This document shows positions 57,676 through 64,000 of a DNA stretch of 64,000 nt, one piece after another; the stretch's first letter is position 1; the number at the start of each line of letters is the position of its first letter. The notes beneath the pieces are model-generated. The model searched no databases. It saw nothing but the letters and a program-made list of their open reading frames with translations, and was not told the DNA's origin. The DNA is from Myxococcota bacterium (lineage in GTDB: Bacteria; Myxococcota_A; SURF-8). The stretch spans positions 4,384,001-4,448,000 of the forward strand of contig OZ223209.1 in NCBI GenBank assembly GCA_965140415.1, in the 5' to 3' direction. The position numbers and the translations under genes were made by a program.

Positions 57676-58479
57676 ATGAACGCGAGAAAGCAGCGGCACT
57701 ACATTCTGCGCAGCATCGTAGAAACACTGTTTCTTTTTCTCTGTATGACCGGGGCGGCCTTTGCGGCGCTACCGGGCGAGTGGCCCTCCCAGCCGAGAGA
57801 TTACGTAACCGACCGGGCAGGCATGATCGAAGCCGGTCATGAATCGGCGCTGAACGGACTGCTGAAACAGTTGGAGCAGAAAAGCGGCATTCAACTGCTG
57901 GTCGTGACGGTGCCATCGTTGGAGGGAGAGAGCAAGGAAGGCTATGCGCTGGCATTGGCCGAGCGTTGGAAACTGGGCCGCAAAGGTAAGGATGACGGCC
58001 TGCTCTTTTTACTGTCCCAAAAGGATCGCGTGTACCGTTTCGAGGTGGGATACGGATTAGAAGGCATCCTGCCGGATGGTCTGATGGGGCAGATCGGGCG
58101 TGAACGGCTGATTCCTTATCTCAAGCGCGGCGAAAGCAGCAAAGGCATCACAGCGGCAACACTGGCCATCGTGCAGGAAATCACTGCGGCCAAGAACATT
58201 TCTATTACCGGGATGCCCGAGCAACGGCGCGTCAAGCGAAAAAAGTCGAACATCGCCGGGTTGATTTTTTATCTGCTGCCTTTGATCTTCATGTTCGGAC
58301 CGCTGATCGGTCGGCGGAGACGAGTGAATGGCATGCGCACCTGGCGCTCGGGCAGGCGGGGGCTGTTCATCGGAGGGATGGGCGGCTTCGGTGGAGGACG
58401 TGGTTTCGGCGGTGGCGGTTCTTTCGGCGGCGGTCTGGGCGGCGGCTTCGGCGGCGGCGGCGCCGGTGGAAGCTGGTAA
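57676..58479 (+). CDS. TPM-domain (YgcG-like) membrane protein
   Basis: VTDRAGMI, WKLGRKGKDDGLL, EVGYGLEGILPD, Gly-rich GGGGAGGSW tail. Confidence 0.93.
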   Translation: MNARKQRHYILRSIVETLFLFLCMTGAAFAALPGEWPSQPRDYVTDRAGMIEAGHESALNGLLKQLEQKSGIQLLVVTVPSLEGESKEGYALALAERWKLGRKGKDDGLLFLLSQKDRVYRFEVGYGLEGILPDGLMGQIGRERLIPYLKRGESSKGITAATLAIVQEITAAKNISITGMPEQRRVKRKKSNIAGLIFYLLPLIFMFGPLIGRRRRVNGMRTWRSGRRGLFIGGMGGFGGGRGFGGGGSFGGGLGGGFGGGGAGGSW

Positions 58480-58553
58480 GAAATCCGAGAGCTGATTGGT
58501 AAATTGGATAGAACGGTATAGGAAAAACCGAATTTTTCGATAGGAGCAAAAAG

Positions 58554-59105
58554 ATGAAACGGGCATATGTGATTGTTGTGGTTGGGCTTGTGTTGCTGAT
58601 GTTGAACGGTTGCGGCTATAACAAGACGATTGCACTGGAAGAAGGCGTAAGCGCGCAGTGGGCGCAGGTGGAGAACCAGTTGAAGCGCCGCTACGATCTG
58701 ATTCCGAATCTGGTGGAAACCGTAAAAGGGTACGCCACACATGAAAAGGAGCTTTTGACCGATATTGCCGAAGTGCGCAAATCCTATTTCGGTGCGAATG
58801 ACCGAGCTGGGAAAGTCAAGGCCGCGACTCAACTTGAAGGAATGCTGTCCAGACTGTTGCTGCTTAAAGAAACCTATCCGGACTTGAAAGCCAATCAAGG
58901 ATTTCTGAAGCTACAGGATCAATTGGAAGGAACGGAGAACCGTATCGCCGTTGAACGCAAACGTTACAACGACGCCGTGCGCGAACTGAACACCTACATT
59001 CGTGGTATTCCCGGAAAGTGGTGGGCGGATATGACCGGTGTGAAAACGGCGGAATACTTTGAGATCGCCGAAGCAGAAAAGGCCACGCCACAGGTGAAAT
59101 TCTAG
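58554..59105 (+). CDS. lemA: LemA family protein
   Basis: WAQVENQLKRRYDLIPNLVETVKGYA, YPDLKAN, LEGTENRIAVERKRYN. Confidence 0.96.
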   Translation: MKRAYVIVVVGLVLLMLNGCGYNKTIALEEGVSAQWAQVENQLKRRYDLIPNLVETVKGYATHEKELLTDIAEVRKSYFGANDRAGKVKAATQLEGMLSRLLLLKETYPDLKANQGFLKLQDQLEGTENRIAVERKRYNDAVRELNTYIRGIPGKWWADMTGVKTAEYFEIAEAEKATPQVKF

Positions 59106-59138
59106 TTCGATTCGTTTAGAGGAAGAAAGAGAGACGAC

Positions 59139-60443
59139 ATGGTGACGACTCCCACAAACTCATCGACCGCGAAAAGCCGTCCGCGTGTGCCTTTGGCCGT
59201 ACTGCTTTTAGCCGGAGCGGCGCTGGGGTTTGCAATCGGAGGTGTGTGGGGAGAACATTGGATCGCCGGTGACTGGCCTGTCTTTACCGGCCTGCTCAAA
59301 CTGCTGGGCGATCTGTTTATGAATATGCTTAAAATGGTCGTGGTGCCTTTAATCGTGTGCAGCATGATCGTGGGCATGGCTGCCTTGGCGGAACACCGGT
59401 CGGTCGGAAAAACCTTCGCGTTTACCTTTACATACTATCTCGCCACCACCTTGATCAGCGTGTCTATCGGCTTGATGCTGGTATCCATCGTACAACCGGG
59501 AACAGTCAGTGGTTTGGCCGGTGATGGCGCCATGAAAGTGGACAAGGTCGTCACCTGGTACGAAGCGCTCTTCGACATGTTGCGCGGACTGGTGCCGCCC
59601 AACCTCTTCGAAGCGGCGGCAGAGGGGCGCATCCTGGGCTTATTGGCGTTCTCCCTGGTTTTCGGCGGCATTCTGGTGCGTATGGGAAAAGCGGGAGAAC
59701 AGGTTGTGGCGTTGATTTCGACGGTCAACGACGCGCTGATGACGCTGGTTCGAGTTATCGTCTGGCTGGCCCCGGTGGGCGTAATGGGCCTGGTAGCGGA
59801 TCGCATCGGGCAGGCAGGCGGAGGCAATGCCGTATGGACGGAACTGGCGCGGCTGGGCACGTATTTTCTAACGGTGTTGGCTGGGTTAAGCCTGCACGCC
59901 TTTGTGGTCTTGCCAATATTACTGCTGGTATTCGCTCGAAGGCGTCCCTTGCTGCATGCGCGTCACTTTGCTGATGCGATGTTGACGGCCTTCAGTACCG
60001 CTTCCAGTGCAGCCAGCTTGCCGGTGACGATCCGAAACGCGGAAGACGAAGCAGGCATATCACCACGCGCCAGCCGTTTCGTTCTGCCATTGGGAGCAAC
60101 GGTCAACATGGACGGCACCGCCTTGTATGAAGCTGTGGCGGCGGTATTTATTGCGCAGGCCTACGGAATCGATCTCTCCGGCGCACAACTGGTGATCGTG
60201 CTACTGACCGCCACACTGGCGGCGGTGGGAGCGGCGGCTATTCCTCAAGCTGGATTGGTAACGATGGTGATGGTGCTGGCGGCGGTGAATGTGCCGGTGG
60301 AAGGAATCGGAATTTTACTCTCTGTCGACTGGCTGTTGGATCGCTTCCGCACGACAGTCAACGTTTGGGGCGACAGTGTCGGTTGCGCCATTGTGGATCG
60401 GCGTTTGGAATTGGAAGATCGTAAAAACATGGAAAGGGGATGA
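59139..60443 (+). CDS. Dicarboxylate/amino acid:cation symporter (GltP/DctA family)
   Basis: AFSTASSAASLP, LPLGATVNMDGTALYE, LDRFRTTVNVWGD. Confidence 0.96.
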   Translation: MVTTPTNSSTAKSRPRVPLAVLLLAGAALGFAIGGVWGEHWIAGDWPVFTGLLKLLGDLFMNMLKMVVVPLIVCSMIVGMAALAEHRSVGKTFAFTFTYYLATTLISVSIGLMLVSIVQPGTVSGLAGDGAMKVDKVVTWYEALFDMLRGLVPPNLFEAAAEGRILGLLAFSLVFGGILVRMGKAGEQVVALISTVNDALMTLVRVIVWLAPVGVMGLVADRIGQAGGGNAVWTELARLGTYFLTVLAGLSLHAFVVLPILLLVFARRRPLLHARHFADAMLTAFSTASSAASLPVTIRNAEDEAGISPRASRFVLPLGATVNMDGTALYEAVAAVFIAQAYGIDLSGAQLVIVLLTATLAAVGAAAIPQAGLVTMVMVLAAVNVPVEGIGILLSVDWLLDRFRTTVNVWGDSVGCAIVDRRLELEDRKNMERG

Positions 60444-60552
60444 ATTCCCCCTGTAGATCCCTCTATCCCTGTACGAGAAAACCGAGGTTTTCCAAAAAAG
60501 GGATAAAATAGGCGGTGCTAAACCTAAAGCAGTAAAGGAACAGGCGACGGCA

Positions 60553-62136
60553 ATGGGACAGAAAACAGAATCTGCGGAAAAGCAAACGATGCTGGTCAGT
60601 TACAATCCCGCCAATGGCGAAATCGTGGGCGAAGCGCCGATGATTTCCGCACAGCAGGCGCAAGAAGCGCTGGATCGTGCGCGCGCGGCACAGAAAAGCT
60701 GGCAAGAACGCGGCTTGGATTATCGTATCTCGGTGTTGCGACGCTTCCAGCATCTGCTGATCGACCGGGCAGAGGAATTCTGCGAATTGATTTCCAAGGA
60801 AAACGGTAAGCCGTTGCAGGAAGCCGCCGAAACGGAAGTGGTACCGCTGATCGATCTGACGAAATACTTTCTGGATCGCGCCGGTAAAATTCTGTCGGAT
60901 CAGAAAATCCCGTTACATTTGATGAAGTTCCGCAAGAGTTTCATCAACTACCGACCGCGCGGCGTGATGTTGGTGATTTCCCCCTGGAATTACCCGTTCA
61001 CCATCGCGGGAGGCTCGATCATCATGGGTCTGATAGCCGGAAACGCCGTGTTGCACAAACCGGCCAGCCTGACTCCGATGATCGCCTTAAAGATGCGCGA
61101 TTTAATGGATGAAGCCGGTCTGGATAAGGATGTTTTCCAAGTGCTGATTACGCCGGGAAAAGTGGCTTCGCAGATCATCGATATGGGAGTGAACTACGTC
61201 AACTTCACCGGATCGACCCAGGTTGGATTGGGCGTGGCGGAGCGCTGCGGCAGAAACCTGATTCCATGCAGCATGGAACTGGGCGGCAAAGATCCGATGA
61301 TCGTGATGGAAGATGCCGATTTGGATTACGCGGCTGGCGCGGCGGTGTGGGGCGGTTTGTGCAATGCCGGGCAGACCTGCGCCTCGGTGGAGCGGGTATA
61401 CGTACAGGAAAGCGTGTACGACCAATTCGTGTCTCGTGTAACGGAGCGAGTCAAAGCGCTGCGCGTGGGCGACCCGTCCCAGGGTGAAATGGACATGGGC
61501 CCGATGACCGATGCCAATCAGCTTGAAATCGTTGCGAATCAAGTGCAGGACGCCATCGAAAAAGGCGCGAAGGTGCTGACCGGTGGTAAGCGCATCGATG
61601 GTCCGGGACAGTTCTTCGAACCGACCGTGCTGGTCGATGTAACCGAAGATATGGAAGTTATCAAGGAAGAGACCTTCGGTCCGTTGATTCCGATCATGCC
61701 CTTCGCCACCGAAGATGAGGCGATCCAACGCGCCAACGATTCCATTTACGGACTTGACGCCTATGTGTTCACACGCGAACCGGAACGAGGTCGGCGCATT
61801 GCGCAACAACTGGAGGCGGGAACGGTGATGGTCAACGAGGTGATCATCAGTCACGGTATGCCCAGCACTCCATGGCAGGGTGCAAAAAAGAGCGGTATCG
61901 GTAAGGTACATTCCGATCAGGGACTGCGCGATTTGTGCTACCCCTATCACATTAACGAAGACGTCTACCACCCGAAGAAGAGCCCCTTCTGGCAACCCTA
62001 TTCCAATGCCATGTACGCAAAGTTGCTGGCAGCGATCCGAAGCGTTTACGCAGAGGATTTAGGCAAGAAATGGAACGGCGTAAAAAATCTGTTCAGCGGC
62101 AAAAGCGGCCAGTCACCGACGTCGCCGGAGGTCTGA
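60553..62136 (+). CDS. Aldehyde dehydrogenase family protein
   Basis: PWNYP, FTGS, MELGGKDP, NAGQTC, EETFGP. Confidence 0.96.
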   Translation: MGQKTESAEKQTMLVSYNPANGEIVGEAPMISAQQAQEALDRARAAQKSWQERGLDYRISVLRRFQHLLIDRAEEFCELISKENGKPLQEAAETEVVPLIDLTKYFLDRAGKILSDQKIPLHLMKFRKSFINYRPRGVMLVISPWNYPFTIAGGSIIMGLIAGNAVLHKPASLTPMIALKMRDLMDEAGLDKDVFQVLITPGKVASQIIDMGVNYVNFTGSTQVGLGVAERCGRNLIPCSMELGGKDPMIVMEDADLDYAAGAAVWGGLCNAGQTCASVERVYVQESVYDQFVSRVTERVKALRVGDPSQGEMDMGPMTDANQLEIVANQVQDAIEKGAKVLTGGKRIDGPGQFFEPTVLVDVTEDMEVIKEETFGPLIPIMPFATEDEAIQRANDSIYGLDAYVFTREPERGRRIAQQLEAGTVMVNEVIISHGMPSTPWQGAKKSGIGKVHSDQGLRDLCYPYHINEDVYHPKKSPFWQPYSNAMYAKLLAAIRSVYAEDLGKKWNGVKNLFSGKSGQSPTSPEV

Positions 62137-62137
62137 G

Positions 62138-62596
62138 ATGATCCCCGACGATGTAGCTGAAGCGCTGTTGGCACAATTGGATCGAAAGCTGAATGGCATC
62201 AATACCCAAAAAGAGCGGGCGGCAATAAGCATGGAACTGATTGCCGAAAAGCTGCCGCACTATCAGTGGGTTGGTGTGTATTGGTTACAGGATGACGAAC
62301 TGCTGCTGGGACCGTTTGTCGGAGCGGAGACAGAGCACCGGCGTATCCCTGTGGGACAGGGCGTCTGCGGTTCGGCGGTTTCAGAAAACAAAAACCAGGT
62401 CGTGGACGACGTGCGGGAGTTGTCGAATTATCTGGCGTGCAGCCTGCAAACGCGCTCGGAAATCGTGGTTCTGATTCGGGATGAACAAGGAAAGATTATC
62501 GGCCAGATCGACGCCGACGGTCATCGGGTCCATGATTTCGATGCCACTGACGAAGCGTTTTTGCAGCAGGTAGCCAGTCGTATCGCGGCAGTGTGA
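62138..62596 (+). CDS. msrC: GAF-domain protein, free methionine-R-sulfoxide reductase-like
   Basis: WVGVY..LGPFVG..GQGVCG..YLACS..SEIVV..QID-x-D; the third, upstream Cys of the E. coli-type enzyme is absent. Confidence 0.75.
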   Translation: MIPDDVAEALLAQLDRKLNGINTQKERAAISMELIAEKLPHYQWVGVYWLQDDELLLGPFVGAETEHRRIPVGQGVCGSAVSENKNQVVDDVRELSNYLACSLQTRSEIVVLIRDEQGKIIGQIDADGHRVHDFDATDEAFLQQVASRIAAV

Positions 62597-62660
62597 GGAT
62601 AGAACCGGAAGAAAGTATTGGTTTTAATCCCAAAATCGGGCAGCGGCACGGAAGAACAAG

Positions 62661-62866
62661 AATCCACAAGACTCACCATCAAGGAAGGGTTTCCCTTCCG
62701 CCTTCCGTCACCTGCCACGCATCATCGTCGGCTTGTACCGGGGCGCGCGCAGCCGTCAAGGCTATATGAACGTCGCTGCGCTCCGGCCTTGACTGCCGCT
62801 TGCTAACACCCCGGTTTTTCAAGCCTTATGATGCGAGGCGGCTCCGTCGGGGAAGGGAATAGGAAG
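62661..62866. repeat. ~200-bp dispersed structured element, copy 2
   Basis: Shares ends with 38174-38373; self-complementary (CGCATCAT/ATGATGCG, TCCCTTCC/GGAAGGGA). Confidence 0.7.
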
Positions 62867-62949
62867 CGCCCCACACGTTCCATAAGAACAAAAAAACTCC
62901 CCGGAAATGGGAGTCAAAGCAAAAAATATATTCTATAGCCTGGGGCGTC

Positions 62950-62978
62950 TTGACTTTATCCGTCTTGATTGCTAGGCT
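62950..62978 (+). promoter_or_regulatory. Sigma70-like promoter candidate
   Basis: TTGACT-17 bp-TAGGCT upstream of the 63050 ORF. Confidence 0.45.
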
Positions 62979-63049
62979 TGCGCCAAGTTCCCGGCAGGTG
63001 AAGTCGCAGGTATCTCAAGTGTGATTTCTCTGCCTAGGTTGGATACGAA

Positions 63050-63610
63050 TTGTGGGTAATCCCCGGAGAATGTACGGTGCAATCCGAAACAAGCAAACGC
63101 TATCCCGTATCACGTGCGATCGTCTATTCGCTGGTCGGCGTGATACTGTTCTGGGTCTTTTTCAGCATGGCTTTTTCGATCGGCTACAGCGTTTTCTGGG
63201 AACGTGAACGCAAAAGCGCCATCCCAAGTGAGTCCTTCGTGCCATTGCAGACCTTGCAGCAGGTCCAGGAATGCCGCTGGGGCGTTCAGCGTTTTCATTC
63301 CGATCTGATGTTCAACGTGCAGCGTTTCGCCAAGCGCTACCGCCAGGAACCATTGTCTTCGATGGAAACCTGGACCCGCTGGGAAAAGAAATGGCGAGAG
63401 GATTTCAAGGAATTCGGTAAGCGCTACGGACTGATGAAGGCACGCACCGACAACAAACGACAGCAGAAATTGAGTAAAATCTACCTGGAGCTCAAGCAGT
63501 TACAGGAAGGCTATTCGTACGAATTCCAACGCTTGCTGACACTGTTCAACCAGGATCAGAAGCTGCTGAACGAATCGTTGGAACAACTGGAACGGGAATT
63601 CAGAAACTAA
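63050..63610 (+). CDS. Hypothetical membrane-anchored helical protein
   Basis: One TM followed by a helical/coiled-coil domain; start may be the GTG at 63077. Confidence 0.7.
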   Translation: MWVIPGECTVQSETSKRYPVSRAIVYSLVGVILFWVFFSMAFSIGYSVFWERERKSAIPSESFVPLQTLQQVQECRWGVQRFHSDLMFNVQRFAKRYRQEPLSSMETWTRWEKKWREDFKEFGKRYGLMKARTDNKRQQKLSKIYLELKQLQEGYSYEFQRLLTLFNQDQKLLNESLEQLEREFRN

Positions 63611-63636
63611 GACAGCAACAGGAAGTATTCACGACG

Positions 63637-64000
63637 ATGCGCGTACAGAATCTCTCTTCCGGCAGCAAAGGCAACTGCACTGTCGTTCAATCCGATGGCA
63701 CCACGGTGCTGGTTGATCTGGGGTTAAGCTGCAAGGAAACCGAGCGCCGCATGTCGCTGGCCGGTGTCGATCCCGCCGCAGTCGACGCCATTCTGGTTAC
63801 CCACGAGCATTCCGACCATATTCGAGGTATTCGTGTATTCAGCAAACGCTATAACGTGCCGGTCTGGATCGGAGAACGTGCCCACAAACACATCTACGGA
63901 CCGATGGCCGGCTGGCAGCTCGTCAATTATTTCGAGCCGGGTCACGAATTCCGAGTGGGCTCGATTGCCGTGCGACCCTTTCGCATTCCACACGACACCA
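63637..64000 (+). CDS. MBL-fold metallo-hydrolase (YycJ/PhnP-like), truncated by window edge
   Basis: Hand translation: MRVQNLSSGSKGNC..VDLG..THEHSDHIRG..PHD; open to the end of the window. Confidence 0.92.
   Translation, partial: MRVQNLSSGSKGNCTVVQSDGTTVLVDLGLSCKETERRMSLAGVDPAAVDAILVTHEHSDHIRGIRVFSKRYNVPVWIGERAHKHIYGPMAGWQLVNYFEPGHEFRVGSIAVRPFRIPHDT

Noticed and set aside
58380-58475. GGC-rich tandem repeat
   Set aside because: Encodes the ordinary Gly-rich tail of TPM-domain proteins.
63724-63993. 89-aa minus-strand ORF
   Set aside because: Antisense to the clear MBL-fold hydrolase starting at 63637.

Overview
Bacterial chromosomal segment of moderate GC. The gene content (many lipoproteins with acidic DGD tethers and Cys-rich repeats, a HEAT lipoprotein, FGE-sulfatase and S53 lipoproteins) suggests a Myxococcota/deltaproteobacterium-like organism (inference). 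About 45 CDSs; no rRNA, tRNA or CRISPR array seen. Ordinary content: a TetR-TolC-MFP-RND efflux operon, plsC, a flavodoxin, an acyl-CoA dehydrogenase, esterases, an OmpR/HK pair, and an NTase-like/TPM/LemA/symporter/ALDH/GAF run. Most interesting: (1) a DUF4956-HlyD-TolC-VTC operon that looks like a polyphosphate synthesis-and-export machine with no ABC/RND pump; (2) an operon running off the window start, built around a 1057-aa protein that fuses two CapC/PgsC repeats to two degenerate hydrolase-like domains, with an output-less CHASE2 receptor and an S53 peptidase; (3) two diverged IS4 elements in tandem, flanked as a unit by a 10-bp direct repeat that is the loop of a REP-like hairpin; (4) several families of REP/MITE-like intergenic hairpins; (5) an FG-GAP lipoprotein with pore-forming-toxin-like beta-hairpins. 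All family calls come from motif recognition by eye, not database searches.
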